Of a DNA stretch of 54,641 nucleotides, positions 36,301 through 45,156 are shown one piece after another (within the stretch, counting starts at the first letter, position 1; each line of letters starts with the position of its first letter). The translations under genes and the position numbers were made by a program. The notes under the pieces were generated by a model that did no database searches, was not told the origin of the DNA, and worked only from the letters and a program-made list of their open reading frames with translations. Source of the stretch: Butyricicoccus sp. (GTDB lineage Bacteria > Bacillota > Clostridia > Oscillospirales > Butyricicoccaceae); the NCBI RefSeq assembly GCF_050872565.1, contig NZ_JBNMHC010000001.1:1-54641 (forward strand), written 5' to 3'.

Positions 36301-37132
36301 CCAGATCGTCTGCATCACTGTTTTCGGCTGTAATAGACTCTGTATTTTCAATTTCCACAGCCTTATTTTTATTCTTCTTCTGTAACGATATAGAAAGTTT
36401 ATAATTTCCTTGCTTAATACGAACAAGATTCTTTTGGTTTGCGTTCTTCGCAAATTTGAAATTTACTTTTCCGGCTCCCGTTTTATAACCATCTGTCTCT
36501 TCAACATCATCTGTCGATTGGCTCTGAACTGCTATAGAATTTTCATCACTGTTTTCAGTCAATTCGCTCTGTGTTTGCGTCTCATCCGTAGACTCCTGTT
36601 CTTGATTGACAGATGATTCATTATTTAAGGTATCCTCAAGAACCGCTCCCGTACTCTGTTCTTTATTTTCTTCAGTATTTTCAGTTGCTTCTGCGTCTTC
36701 TTTTGGAGCTTGCACCTGCTGTGCATTTACCGCGCTTTCTGCGTTCTGTGCTGTTTCTTCCGCCGCACTCGCCGCTTCAGCTTCCGCACCAACATTTCCT
36801 TGGGCATCTTCAAATGTCAGACTGTTATCGATCGGCTGCCATTCCCCATTTTCATCCTTATAATGAACATCCGATTCATATTCAACCGTAGAAATCGTTC
36901 CGTCACTTAATCGAAATGACTTTGTATATGCACTTCGTTGATCCTCTAATTCTCCAACCACTTCAATCGGAGGCTCTTCTTCATTGACATCAAGAACTGG
37001 AGTCTGTGTAGAAGCATCGGTTTGATTCTCCACCGCCAACGCTTCTACAGGCAGGCACTCCAATCCAATCAACATTGTCATGAATAGCGCAATGCGCCTT
37101 ATGATCGTTTTATTCACCAACACACCGTCCAT
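30326..37132 (-). CDS. WapA-like secreted RHS/YD-repeat protein with DNRLRE-like and CBM-like domains and an unknown C-terminal toxin
   Basis: Signal-peptide-like N-terminus; YD repeats; core NPIRYRGYYYDSE...YYLQSRYYDP...NLFAYCDNNPVNRADTEG. Confidence 0.92.
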   Translation of the reverse strand: MDGVLVNKTIIRRIALFMTMLIGLECLPVEALAVENQTDASTQTPVLDVNEEEPPIEVVGELEDQRSAYTKSFRLSDGTISTVEYESDVHYKDENGEWQPIDNSLTFEDAQGNVGAEAEAASAAEETAQNAESAVNAQQVQAPKEDAEATENTEENKEQSTGAVLEDTLNNESSVNQEQESTDETQTQSELTENSDENSIAVQSQSTDDVEETDGYKTGAGKVNFKFAKNANQKNLVRIKQGNYKLSISLQKKNKNKAVEIENTESITAENSDADDLAAQMSAKNISSSVIYKNIQDGIDLQYVTSGSNLKENIIVNQTRDEYQFSFEIKAQNLAIKQENNTIVLYDSATNKKIYEMPAMYMVDADGEQSDAITYTLTQKNKKKYTLTITADAAWINANERELPVVIDPSLDASNTGSGMEKTEIFNYYAAQGGSVYHNGYGFLGYDSSGDHLYRHIVQFKSLPSLPRGSVVAEAKMYYAQMGYSTTGQSSLCIAAKEIPSTDKQWGKTQTWSNLPAISNTVSDYQNLSKDTTGKYVGWDITELVKKRYKANDNNYSSFALVNYDESTLNNKKCAKVTIDQSNTNGKFKDGHPILQITYRDTRGIEDYYTNTSQSVGQAGTAYIGDYNNQLTLIKNDLSNNGSAMDFVLSHVYNSETAYANFTTDANMHTKRYTNMNIGSGWRLSIQETVVPFTIGSKKYYIYSDGDGTEHYFYYNENDKKYVDEDGLNLTLSFWTASATGYEYITMQDKKGNQKVFINGYLAKIQDSHQNKIFLEYNKNTYSSSTTAWSPRPETSTSKPENRVTGIVQVNNGSGITRIATLSYDADNYLQSITDRAGRETKFTYAAASATSAKLLTQIKHPDGTTADYKYQSGGYLTDAYDNEGKNGVQYSYYGWAVRGILYVTEYSKDSKDNVITGAKMSIGYGDTHRKKFRDYGADATANTDDDIISYTTFDNAGRTVNTISLDKTETKLYGADSSAYTTNDTSSKGNSKSNNRVNADVAIGQQAMNLLVNQSGEKGKDGSAEDWSETHKGSNVSCAVRSDSDHARTGARLFHIWMGDSSDSSEERVGSYSQKIQLKGNTTYTFSGYVSTTELAKAGDVYAKIVSPSGQEIAKSKSIDYRTPAEIEDGWERLGVTFTTSSAGAYSCGIYVENAQGLTRLDDFQLEEADACSSYNMVEDGSMEHDWTWNADSNSGIKKLDQTNVHDGSYATKLNGSPSGTQLFWQEIPVYQSSDNTYVLSGWAKANSVPDVSSTSNTTRFFGFYATVKYTDGTDDVYLFSFNPDITDWQYLSGIIAPKSPNKIIKSIYVHGLYNKNANAAWFDGIALKKEPAQTYTYDKEGNLVAVNQKGTTPLNSVYVGGTADLQSETDGNGTYTYEHNSTTHDVTSVTNDNVKLSLGYDPKGNTTGTTLVNTKPDSTEDSANKAITSTASYSADGNYLKSQTDSSGITTEYTNDEIKGLVSTSETGGTTTHYTYEDKTDRQSFIYIGGKLAVQYLYENGNLKAIQRGSYESDTDSETNSSPHIQQTYNYTYDSFGNKTSVSVGNRELARYEYAPNNGNLIKTTYANGNTVELVYDVFDRVVEEKYNGTVKYRYVYNGEGDLAKKIEVQRSGLSEKEVNVVNYEYDSLDRLIHSSEERIEDGKTTEVQRSEHIYDGENRITKQSWSVGGEAGRSENYTYSTTDGTLQSMKTANGETISFGYDALKRLKNIKSKHGSGTDFITQTYTYHDRAGQTDGKQLTTNQIANIAYTGIANPFDLSYEYDAIGNVSKVSQGSTEIAEYQYDKLNQLISEKLPQQHLEYTYTYDTSGNIREIKTTNTQTKKTTTDTYAYEDSDWKDLLTGYNGQKLTYDAVGNPLTYNNGTAWKFTWENAHDLATAKGDGKSISYHYDMDGVRDSKTVDGVKHEYITQGGNVTLERWNDGEEKSLEFVYDNGGAPYSVIYSHGNEKDTYYYILNQQGDVICIVDTSGKTVSEYTYNGWGEILNVSNAKDSEIGTLNPIRYRGYYYDSELNMYYLQSRYYDPVMKRMIASDDESLTDGSTLINNNLFAYCDNNPVNRADTEGELWNVVAGAIVGASINAGIEFIGEKIAGEEVSVKNIAVAAATGAVEGGLAVASYKWPSAATFEKIYSGISQVDSVRQEVKYQIEVRASRGETSRKDKVKACATAAANIAYSKAVDHFTPKRTKVTAAAGKAAKKPRTGSKIQNKVIRTALKKTKCFKDKFVGAIKKEIKETLTQRLFKFHFKGAKWFYRKIRDRERNSNKKR

Positions 37133-37322
37133 TCTTTAATAAATTATTTTAGTCCTTTCGTTCACAGAAGCATCATATATAATACACGAAATTTTAACAT
37201 ATTTGCAACACTTTTTTAACATCATCTTAATTTTTGTAAATTATATTCAAAAACCTGCTACTAATTTTATGTAAAACTATCAAACCAAAAATGCGTTCTA
37301 ACAAGAAATCATAAGTAATAAC

Positions 37323-37380
37323 AAAATCCCTGTCGCAGATTTAATCATCTATCACGATTAAATCTACAGCAGGGATTCTT
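37323..37380 (-). terminator. Hairpin/terminator downstream of the L,D-transpeptidase gene
   Basis: AATCCCTG..AGATTTAATC / GATTAAATCT..CAGGGATT. Confidence 0.55.
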
Positions 37381-37388
37381 CCGCGTAT

Positions 37389-38867
37389 TTATCTATTAAA
37401 GTTCTTATAGAGGAATGTTACAATTTGTCCGCGCGTACACATATTCCGTGGAGAGAACGTCGTCGCTGATGTGCCGGAAGTCACGTGTTGTTCAGCAGCC
37501 CAATTTACTGCATCATAAAACCAATCATCGGCAGATACATCCGTAAAGTTGGACTTCTTTGCTACTCTTTCGGAACCTTGCTGACGCCAAAGCATTTGAA
37601 CAATTTGAGCACGAGTGCATGTATCATTCGGTGAAAATGTAGCGCTGGATGTGCCGGAGGTCACACCGACATTGAATGCCCAATTGACTGCGTCTGCATA
37701 CCATGCATCAGAAGGCACATCTGCAAATGACATCTCCATATCATCTGTATCTGGTCTACCAACATAATTATAAATCATTTGGACAGCTTGTGCTCTTGTG
37801 CATCCATTTTCAGGGGAAAATGTCGTTGCTGATGTTCCTGACGTAACACCTAATTCTGCTGCCCAAACTACAGGATCATAATAATATGCGTTATAAGAAA
37901 CATCTTTAAACGGCATCTGCGGTGATACGTTCTTAGATACCACAGTAAATCCAGTCTTTCCATCTATGGTATTACTCGTCACAACTCGGTAATAATCACT
38001 CTTATTTCCATTCGTATCTGTCCATGTATTTTCACCGGCGATAGCTGTATGTATCGTTTCATATGTCCCATCTGGTTTATCAGCTCTCTGAATTATATAC
38101 TGCGCAGCTCCTGCTGCATCTGTCCAACTAATAATATTTCCACTATCCGGAATATAAGCTGCTGTTACAGATGTTTTTTCCGGCATCAAGTACTTATATT
38201 TACCTTGTATCGTTGTCACAATCAATGACGGATTCTTTTTCGGATCAAGCCACGTCATACACCATTTCATATCTTCTTCCGGCATAGATACGCACCCGCT
38301 GGTTGCTCCTGATCCATTACAGTGTAGGAAAATTGCTCCACCTTTTCCTTTGATCTGTTCTGTATTATAGTCTGTCGTAAACATATATTTATATGTCTTA
38401 TATTTAATCAACTGTTCATAATCGCCGCCCGGATTAGAATAAACCAAGCGATTATAATTTTTTGATCCACTGTTCAAATCCCAGTACATATTGTTTGTAA
38501 TCTTATGATAGGGAAATATCGTTCCCGGATTGTCAGTCTGTCCAAACGCCGCTTGCAATCGCATGATGCCTTCCGGTGTTGTTTTTGTTCCCTGCTTCCG
38601 TGATTCAATTGGAACAATGCCATTAGAACCGACTCTTCCCGATGCCGTCTTTCTTTTGAGCACCCAATTTCCTTCTCCGATTTCCTCATATGCTGAAATC
38701 GTTGCATAACTGGAAGAATCAGAAGATGTTTCAGCTAAAATCATTTGTTTTGATCCGCTCAACGTATTTACATGCACATTCGCTGCCAGTGCAACCGTTC
38801 CCAGCGCAAGAATCATGCCAGAGATTGCTGCACTCGCTATTTTCTTGATTAAATGCATAAGAATCAC
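37389..38867 (-). CDS. L,D-transpeptidase (YkuD-like) + FN3-like + three SLH domains
   Basis: GTKTTPEG, GGAIFLHCNGSGATSGCVS; SLH repeats. Confidence 0.88.
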   Translation of the reverse strand: MILMHLIKKIASAAISGMILALGTVALAANVHVNTLSGSKQMILAETSSDSSSYATISAYEEIGEGNWVLKRKTASGRVGSNGIVPIESRKQGTKTTPEGIMRLQAAFGQTDNPGTIFPYHKITNNMYWDLNSGSKNYNRLVYSNPGGDYEQLIKYKTYKYMFTTDYNTEQIKGKGGAIFLHCNGSGATSGCVSMPEEDMKWCMTWLDPKKNPSLIVTTIQGKYKYLMPEKTSVTAAYIPDSGNIISWTDAAGAAQYIIQRADKPDGTYETIHTAIAGENTWTDTNGNKSDYYRVVTSNTIDGKTGFTVVSKNVSPQMPFKDVSYNAYYYDPVVWAAELGVTSGTSATTFSPENGCTRAQAVQMIYNYVGRPDTDDMEMSFADVPSDAWYADAVNWAFNVGVTSGTSSATFSPNDTCTRAQIVQMLWRQQGSERVAKKSNFTDVSADDWFYDAVNWAAEQHVTSGTSATTFSPRNMCTRGQIVTFLYKNFNR

Positions 38868-38878
38868 CCTTTCGTAAC

Positions 38879-39463
38879 CTATGATACTTCATTTTCTTCT
38901 AAATGTCTAATTGTCACGGGTGTATATGAATTATCCGTAACATCATATAACGCATAGTTTTCTTTCTCATCCCGTGTCAATACACATAGCAGCGTTAGAT
39001 TATCTTTATCATAATACTCGTAAAATTCAATATCTTCTCCATTTATTTCAGCTTGGTTATACGAGCAAATATAATCTGTCTCGTATGGGAAGAAGTATAT
39101 TGCGTATGATGCTACTTCTTCTGCCACGCTATCATCCGGCGGATTACGTGGAAAAGTATATTTTTGGTCATCTGTACTCTCTACAGTCGGCAAATATGGA
39201 TCTTTCGCTATTCTTTTCTGTCCGGCATGTAACACAATATGTCCATCATCATATTTTTTGTCTGCCGACCTCGCTCTTTTCTCGTGTTTCTCTTCTTTTT
39301 CTTTTGGGACAGTATCATTGCTACCTGTACTAACCGAAGAAGAGGACTCTTTTTCGGTTGATTGCTGCGGGCTTGGATACGCAACCAATGATAAAATAAA
39401 TGCAGCTATCGCTGCCAGAATGAAAAAAATAATCGGCATTGATCGCTTTTTCATATATATCAC
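38879..39463 (-). CDS. Hypothetical membrane-anchored/secreted protein
   Basis: N-terminal hydrophobic segment; tightly packed operon. Confidence 0.65.
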   Translation of the reverse strand: MIYMKKRSMPIIFFILAAIAAFILSLVAYPSPQQSTEKESSSSVSTGSNDTVPKEKEEKHEKRARSADKKYDDGHIVLHAGQKRIAKDPYLPTVESTDDQKYTFPRNPPDDSVAEEVASYAIYFFPYETDYICSYNQAEINGEDIEFYEYYDKDNLTLLCVLTRDEKENYALYDVTDNSYTPVTIRHLEENEVS

Positions 39464-40417
39464 CTACTTTCTCTTCGTCCACATGGTAATGCATTTGGCA
39501 TCCGAATTTTTGCTGACACGCTGAACTGTAATCAGATAATATTTTGTCTTAGATTCACTGAGAAACAGATATTCGATCTCTCCGTTTACCATCGCTGTAT
39601 CATATCCAACAATAGCATAATCCGTGCGTTCAGGCGTTCCTATCAAGGCTTGGCTTGTCACATAAAATGTATCCGCGTTAAACACCAGCTTCAAATCTCC
39701 CGTTTTATTTGTCCATTCTCCATTCAAAATGTCATTAGATAGCTCTAATTGCGTCACCTTTTTATATGTCACATTTATGTTCTGCCCTCCGTCAAATTGT
39801 AACGTACCGTCATTCTGTAACTTTGCCTTGCATGTAACGGTTGTATCTCCATCAACTACCACAGAAATACCGTCATCTGTCACTTTGTATGTATGAAGCT
39901 GCTTTTTGTGATCGGTATTTTCAAAAAATTCATAACTGATAACCGTACCATTTTCTTCAAAGATGATTGGATACGTCTCCGTGTCTATTGAAATCCAGTA
40001 CCCCGGTAAAGTTTCTTTTAACTTTTTCTTATCTTCCGCTTTTTGTAGTGTATCAGCTGCTTCTTGTGCTGCTTCCCGATTTTCTTTCGCAAATTTTGCC
40101 CGCCCAGCGTCTGCATAGTATGTATGCGAATGTTCTCCATTATCAAAGAATAAAACAGTTTTTCCCTCCTTATCCTTCTGAATTTTCAGCTCATGCGTTC
40201 CATCCACCGTGCTGGTTAATGTGATGGTATCTCCTTGAATTGTATATTCTCCTGTTGTCAACCAACCGCTGTCTGTATATTTTCCGTCTTTCAGCGTCAG
40301 AGTGCTCAGATCATCTCGATCACTATACCAAGTCTGTTCAACCATCCGCTGCCCACATCCAGTAAACGCCAACATCAATACCAATATCCATGCCATTCCG
40401 CAAAACTTTTTCTTCAT
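39464..40417 (-). CDS. Putative lipoprotein
   Basis: Start MKKKFCG at 40417 with RBS AGGAGGAG; lipobox AFTGC. Confidence 0.7.
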   Translation of the reverse strand: MKKKFCGMAWILVLMLAFTGCGQRMVEQTWYSDRDDLSTLTLKDGKYTDSGWLTTGEYTIQGDTITLTSTVDGTHELKIQKDKEGKTVLFFDNGEHSHTYYADAGRAKFAKENREAAQEAADTLQKAEDKKKLKETLPGYWISIDTETYPIIFEENGTVISYEFFENTDHKKQLHTYKVTDDGISVVVDGDTTVTCKAKLQNDGTLQFDGGQNINVTYKKVTQLELSNDILNGEWTNKTGDLKLVFNADTFYVTSQALIGTPERTDYAIVGYDTAMVNGEIEYLFLSESKTKYYLITVQRVSKNSDAKCITMWTKRK

Positions 40418-40767
40418 CACTTGTCTCCTCCTATTACACGCATCAGACGCTGCACTGTCTGCATCAGCAAAAATTCTATTGCATCTTTTCCAAATAGTAT
40501 CCCAACCGAAAAAGACATTAACAATATGACAGCACCAAGTCCACAAAGTATAGTTTGCACAGTAATGGCTGCATGAGTAACAAGCAGCATAATAATTGAC
40601 AATACCAATATAGATGCCATAATCGCACATAAGCTAGATGCAATCATCAGTATAAAACTTCCGGCAGTAAACAATAACAACAATGCTGCCGGTATCGGTA
40701 ATACAATCAATGCAACTGCCTTTTGTAAAATATTTGTTTCAGCTGTTCTCTCATGCATTTCTTTCAC
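40417..40767 (-). CDS. Membrane protein
   Basis: 116 aa hydrophobic; RBS GGAGAG. Confidence 0.6.
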   Translation of the reverse strand: MKEMHERTAETNILQKAVALIVLPIPAALLLLFTAGSFILMIASSLCAIMASILVLSIIMLLVTHAAITVQTILCGLGAVILLMSFSVGILFGKDAIEFLLMQTVQRLMRVIGGDK

Positions 40768-40772
40768 CTCTC

Positions 40773-41540
40773 CTAAGATATTTGCATGGCATGTACAACA
40801 ACTCGTTTTGAGAAATTCTTTTCATAGCAGCAAACCAATGTCACAATTTTATTATCTGCGTTCGGTTCAATCTCTGTGTCATATCGTGCAGCATCCTTGA
40901 TGCTCTGCAAAAACGCCGGGAATATATCTTCTTCAATGTCGGGGTTAAACGCTATACTCTTCGCCGGAGATACATAAACGGAAAAAACGGTATATGTATG
41001 CTGCTCTTCATCATCCGTATCAATTACAATTTCCTTATGCTTTTCCCAAAATGTTTTTGATAGATACTTATTCAACTGACTGAACATTGTCTTTTTTGTT
41101 GACAACTCGTGCCCATAAATTACAGTATTGAAATCCGAAAAATCTGATTCATTCCGATAATCTATAAAAATACTTCCCATCCAGCTGCGTTTGCGATTGT
41201 ACGCGTACTTTAAATAATGTGTATTATTGCTCCCCTGTACAACCGGATAATCAATATTAGTTCCCGGAATCGTAATCCAGCCAATCACATCTTTATTTTT
41301 TTCATGCAGAGCATGAAAATCAATTTCCGCGTTTTTTCTTGAATCCTGTCCTGTGTTATTATCTTCTGTCGTTTGATTTTCTATCTTATTGTCCATCGCA
41401 TCCACTTTATATAATGTTCTGCATTCTTGATACGTTTGTATACTCTTATCTTCTTGCCAGTGCATGTATGCAAAAGCTCCATACGCACCGACAAGGACAA
41501 TGACAGAAATAATCTGTATTACTGTTAAAATCCTTCTCAC
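40773..41540 (-). CDS. srtB: Class B sortase
   Basis: GWITIPGTNIDYPVVQG, NTVIYGH, TLVCC...R; start overlaps the relaxase stop. Confidence 0.9.
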   Translation of the reverse strand: MRRILTVIQIISVIVLVGAYGAFAYMHWQEDKSIQTYQECRTLYKVDAMDNKIENQTTEDNNTGQDSRKNAEIDFHALHEKNKDVIGWITIPGTNIDYPVVQGSNNTHYLKYAYNRKRSWMGSIFIDYRNESDFSDFNTVIYGHELSTKKTMFSQLNKYLSKTFWEKHKEIVIDTDDEEQHTYTVFSVYVSPAKSIAFNPDIEEDIFPAFLQSIKDAARYDTEIEPNADNKIVTLVCCYEKNFSKRVVVHAMQIS

Positions 41541-42910
41541 AGCTCTCGTTCTTCCTTTCTTCGCTGCTGTTTCTTTTCTTCCTGCGTTATGCTCTGCTCG
41601 TACTTGGAAAAGTCTCTTGCAAATACAAATTGTTCTCCCTTTTCAATTCGTGCAACAACATCTTTTGCCTTTGCCAATTCCGCAGCACGTTTCGCAATCT
41701 GGTCAATAAGCACTTCTAACTGCATCACCTCATCCTCTTTGTTTTCCAGCACATGCTTTAATTTTTCATCTGAAATATCTGTTCGCAATCCCAACTGTTT
41801 CAACTTTGCATTCACAGTTTCAAAAGTCTGTAATTCTTTTTCGTGCTGCTTATCAAACCGTCTTTTTTGAAATCCCGCTTTAGATTTATTTTCGGATTGA
41901 TCTGCTATCGGTTTGAGTTCGTTATACAAACGAATCAACTGTACGGCTTGTTTATGCTGATGCACTTTTCCTTTTAATCTACTCATCGTAGATCGACAAT
42001 CCAAAATATCTTGTTGCAGCGATTCCATCCGCGCATCAAAATCAGAAAACTGCTGAATACTTTCACTCCGCATGAGTAACAACGTATTTGCCAATTCTTT
42101 CGTTGCCGCCAGTTTCGTAGATCGAGCCATCTTTGCAACACGATTTCGATATGCATGTTGTTTTTCAATTCGTTTTTCAATCGCCACACGTGAAAATTTA
42201 TCACCCAATGATCTATCTCGTGTAAAACGCTGCTGCCCTTTCACACGAAATGACAGATATTTTCCTTCTTTCATTTCAACGCCATGCTCTGCCAAGTGTT
42301 GCTTGAACTGTTCAAAGTCTTCAGATTTTCTGATGCATTCATTAATGCTTTTCCTGATCTGCTGTCGGAACGACTGATGATATTTCGGATTTTTTGATCG
42401 TTCATTTTGTCTTGCCTGCGTGATATTCAATCCATGTCTACGCCGAACCAAGTCATTTTTATCTCGTAACAGCTTTGCATCATTCCATACATGCCACTTA
42501 CTTAAATCTTCAATAGAAACCGCATTGAAAATAATATGATTATGTAGATTGTTTGTATCTGTATGAGTCGCAATCACATACTCAAACTTTCCACCTAAAA
42601 CTTCGTCTGCCCACTCTTTTCCAATTTCATGCACCTGCTCCGGGGTTAGGTTATCATCCATATCGAACGATTGAATCATATGATACGCTAAAATATTTTT
42701 CTTTTCTGAATGGGAAAACTTTGTCTTTTCTCTGTTCATTTTTTCAGCAAGTCGTGCAGTCATCCTAAATTCAGTTTCTGCCATGCCTGCATCTGGTGTA
42801 CATTGAAAAGCTGACAATAATTTTCCATCTTCTGTTTTTGCCGGATTCATAATATAATTCAATGCCTTTGAAAGTGTAAAGCGAATCGGATGAATTTTAG
42901 AAACACCCAT
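41537..42910 (-). CDS. MOBP-family relaxase
   Basis: LNYIMNPAKT, AYHMIQSF, HTDTNNLHNHIIFN. Confidence 0.93.
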   Translation of the reverse strand: MGVSKIHPIRFTLSKALNYIMNPAKTEDGKLLSAFQCTPDAGMAETEFRMTARLAEKMNREKTKFSHSEKKNILAYHMIQSFDMDDNLTPEQVHEIGKEWADEVLGGKFEYVIATHTDTNNLHNHIIFNAVSIEDLSKWHVWNDAKLLRDKNDLVRRRHGLNITQARQNERSKNPKYHQSFRQQIRKSINECIRKSEDFEQFKQHLAEHGVEMKEGKYLSFRVKGQQRFTRDRSLGDKFSRVAIEKRIEKQHAYRNRVAKMARSTKLAATKELANTLLLMRSESIQQFSDFDARMESLQQDILDCRSTMSRLKGKVHQHKQAVQLIRLYNELKPIADQSENKSKAGFQKRRFDKQHEKELQTFETVNAKLKQLGLRTDISDEKLKHVLENKEDEVMQLEVLIDQIAKRAAELAKAKDVVARIEKGEQFVFARDFSKYEQSITQEEKKQQRRKEEREL

Positions 42911-42912
42911 AT

Positions 42913-43263
42913 TTACTTTCCGCCATTCTCAATTTTCCCCATCAATTCAACTAAATCAAACATCATCGAACGAATCTCTGCAACTTGACGTGTCAACTCG
43001 TCAACATCAGATTTGTAAACGCTACGTGTACTGTTGGCAATTCGCGCAACCTGATTCACGTTGTTACTGACACCAGAGAGTTGTCTATGAATTTCTTTTA
43101 GCTCTTCCCAATTCGGCGTAATGATTAGTCCATTCAGCAGCATCCGCCGAGCAAATGTAGAAAAGTCTTTTTGCTTTGCCTCTTTCATTCTTGAGAGAAT
43201 GATTTCTTTTTCCTTTTCATCTACACGAATAATCATTCGTAAAGGTCTCTTTCTGTTCTCCAT
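42913..43263 (-). CDS. mobC: Relaxosome accessory protein MobC
   Basis: Start MENRKRP; RHH N-terminus; SNNVNQVARIAN. Confidence 0.9.
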   Translation of the reverse strand: MENRKRPLRMIIRVDEKEKEIILSRMKEAKQKDFSTFARRMLLNGLIITPNWEELKEIHRQLSGVSNNVNQVARIANSTRSVYKSDVDELTRQVAEIRSMMFDLVELMGKIENGGK

Positions 43264-43279
43264 TTTTATCTCCTGTAAA

Positions 43280-43461
43280 TATTTCGGGGATTGGGGTGTC
43301 CCCAAATTTGCTTTTACAGTTTGTTCAGTTATGAACAAACTGTAAAAGTGGCAAGTGGGCACCCACTTGCATTGCTTGCTGTTTTGTGCACACCACCTTC
43401 CTCGTTGGTGGTGATTTTTCTTTTTTGTTGTACGAATATAAGGGGCTTCGCCCCTATATTC
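43280..43461. other. Putative oriT region
   Basis: Upstream of mobC; clustered inverted repeats: 17-bp 43311-43348, GCAAGTGGG/CCCACTTGC 43351-43370, GGGGCTTCGCCCC hairpin near 43434-43461. Confidence 0.65.
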
Positions 43462-43483
43462 TCAACAATCCGAAAGAATATTG

Positions 43484-43609
43484 CTACCATTCCAGCGAAA
43501 GCAATATCTTGATTAGCATGTAATCTAAGGAATAAATGCAAACATCCGCTACTGCTAACGCGAACAATCCAAGTACTTGAAACCATTTTTTAATTTTCAT
43601 CTTTCTCAT
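43484..43609 (-). CDS. Small hydrophobic peptide (41 aa)
   Basis: ATGA coupling to the upstream micro-ORF; MRKMKIKKWFQVLGLFALAV... Confidence 0.4.
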   Translation of the reverse strand: MRKMKIKKWFQVLGLFALAVADVCIYSLDYMLIKILLSLEW

Positions 43610-43695
43610 CTTCCTCTTCCACTTGTGAACATGAGACACATAATTACTACTCCCGCAACGCATCCTGACCAAAATCCTATAAGAAACATACCCAT
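43606..43695 (-). CDS. DUF3789-like micro-protein (29 aa)
   Basis: Manual translation MGMFLIGFWSGCVAGVVIMCLMFTSGRGR; below the ORF-track cutoff. Confidence 0.5.
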   Translation of the reverse strand: MGMFLIGFWSGCVAGVVIMCLMFTSGRGR

Positions 43696-43713
43696 TAAAC
43701 TTTTCTCTCTTTC

Positions 43714-44715
43714 TTATCCGATTTCCAATTCCCGCTCCGCCGCGAAAACTTTGTTTCTTCCTCTGCGTTTAGATTGTAAATACGTCAACAAAAAATCATT
43801 TACATCTTTTCCTGTCGATGGATGACAATCAATCACCTGATACCGATCTTCCAGTTCAGCTGTAATAGCTTGCGCACTACTACGACCAGCTTCATCATTA
43901 TCCAGATGCAAATAAATTTTTTGAATTTCTTCATGCTGTTTCAAAAAATATTTCAACGCAATCGGAATCTTCATCTCTCCGGAATCATTTGGTTGATATA
44001 CACCAGATAAGGACAAAAGATTTTCTCTGTGATAATCCTGCCCTTCCCACATCAAATATGTTGCATATGACAGAAGATCAATCGCTGCTTCAAACAAATG
44101 TACAGAATTAGATTTTTTTGCGGAAGCCAACCGAAAAGAAAAATTTTTATCGCTGCCAGAAACATCACCCTTAAATGAGCTTCCTGTCACAGTACCTCTG
44201 CACGCTGCATACTTTGGTATGCCTTTTTCATCTTTTCCAACGAAAACTGCATTGTGATACTTTGCGCTTTCATAAATCAGTCCAGTCCGGATGCATTCAT
44301 GAATCAGCGCTTCGTGAAGTCCTCTGCTTTTCAAATAACAAATGACACGACTGCAATTTCTATTTCTTGCAGGCAATTCTAATCTTTTTTCCCGTGGTGG
44401 CTCGTTTTGTTTTGAATATGTTTCATATTCAATCCCACTTCCCGCAAGCAGCTGCACGGCATCTGTGAACTTCATTTCTCGAACTTTGATTAAGTAGTCG
44501 AGTGCTGATACACCGCCAAAACCACGAGACCACCAGAACCATTTTCCATTTGAAATTTTCAAACTATCATGCTCTCGCGTTCTGTAAGTCTTTGCTCCCA
44601 TGCGTACAAGATTATCCACTTCATATGTCTGCATATACGTCAGCAAATCAATCTGCCGGACACGCTCTATCGTGTCCGGTGAGATTTTTTTGTACGTATC
44701 TCTCATTGCAGTCAT
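43714..44715 (-). CDS. DUF3991 + Toprim primase-like protein
   Basis: HDSLKIS..KWFWWSRGFGG, YLKSRGL, FEAAIDLLS, LDNDEAG, KDVND. Confidence 0.88.
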   Translation of the reverse strand: MTAMRDTYKKISPDTIERVRQIDLLTYMQTYEVDNLVRMGAKTYRTREHDSLKISNGKWFWWSRGFGGVSALDYLIKVREMKFTDAVQLLAGSGIEYETYSKQNEPPREKRLELPARNRNCSRVICYLKSRGLHEALIHECIRTGLIYESAKYHNAVFVGKDEKGIPKYAACRGTVTGSSFKGDVSGSDKNFSFRLASAKKSNSVHLFEAAIDLLSYATYLMWEGQDYHRENLLSLSGVYQPNDSGEMKIPIALKYFLKQHEEIQKIYLHLDNDEAGRSSAQAITAELEDRYQVIDCHPSTGKDVNDFLLTYLQSKRRGRNKVFAAERELEIG

Positions 44716-45134
44716 GATTCTTCCTCTCCTTCCATAGCTACAACTTCCCCTGTTGTCGGGTCAACCTTGATGCCTTCGCTCTCGTACAGCTTATTGGTTT
44801 CTCGAATGTCACAGCAGCGTTTTGTCTCTCCAAATCGAACACGATCCGCAACAACGACCATTTTAGAATGGTTCTGTCCGTTGTCATCCGTCCATCGCTG
44901 CTGCATCAAATGCCCCAACACAATCATCATCGCGCCTTTCCGGAAATACTTCGCTACAAATTCCGCTGTGTTTCTCCACGCAGTCACACTGATAAAATCA
45001 GATTCTCTTTTTCCATCTGTCTCATAGCTCCGGCTCACTGCAATCGAAAACGACAACACCGGAATATTATTACTCGTGTACTTCAGCTCCGGTTCTGCGG
45101 TCAATCTTCCCATCACAATTACTTCGTTCAGCAT
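44712..45134 (-). CDS. ssb: Single-stranded DNA-binding protein
   Basis: MLNEVIVMGRLTAEPELKYT...DFISVTAWRNTAE; RBS GGAGG. Confidence 0.92.
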   Translation of the reverse strand: MLNEVIVMGRLTAEPELKYTSNNIPVLSFSIAVSRSYETDGKRESDFISVTAWRNTAEFVAKYFRKGAMMIVLGHLMQQRWTDDNGQNHSKMVVVADRVRFGETKRCCDIRETNKLYESEGIKVDPTTGEVVAMEGEEES

Positions 45135-45156
45135 ATTGTTTACCTCCAAAAACAAA

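Noticed and set aside
22067-37712. Diversity-generating retroelement TR/VR pair in the SLH repeats
   Set aside because: No reverse transcriptase present, and both copies lie within intact paralogous coding domains
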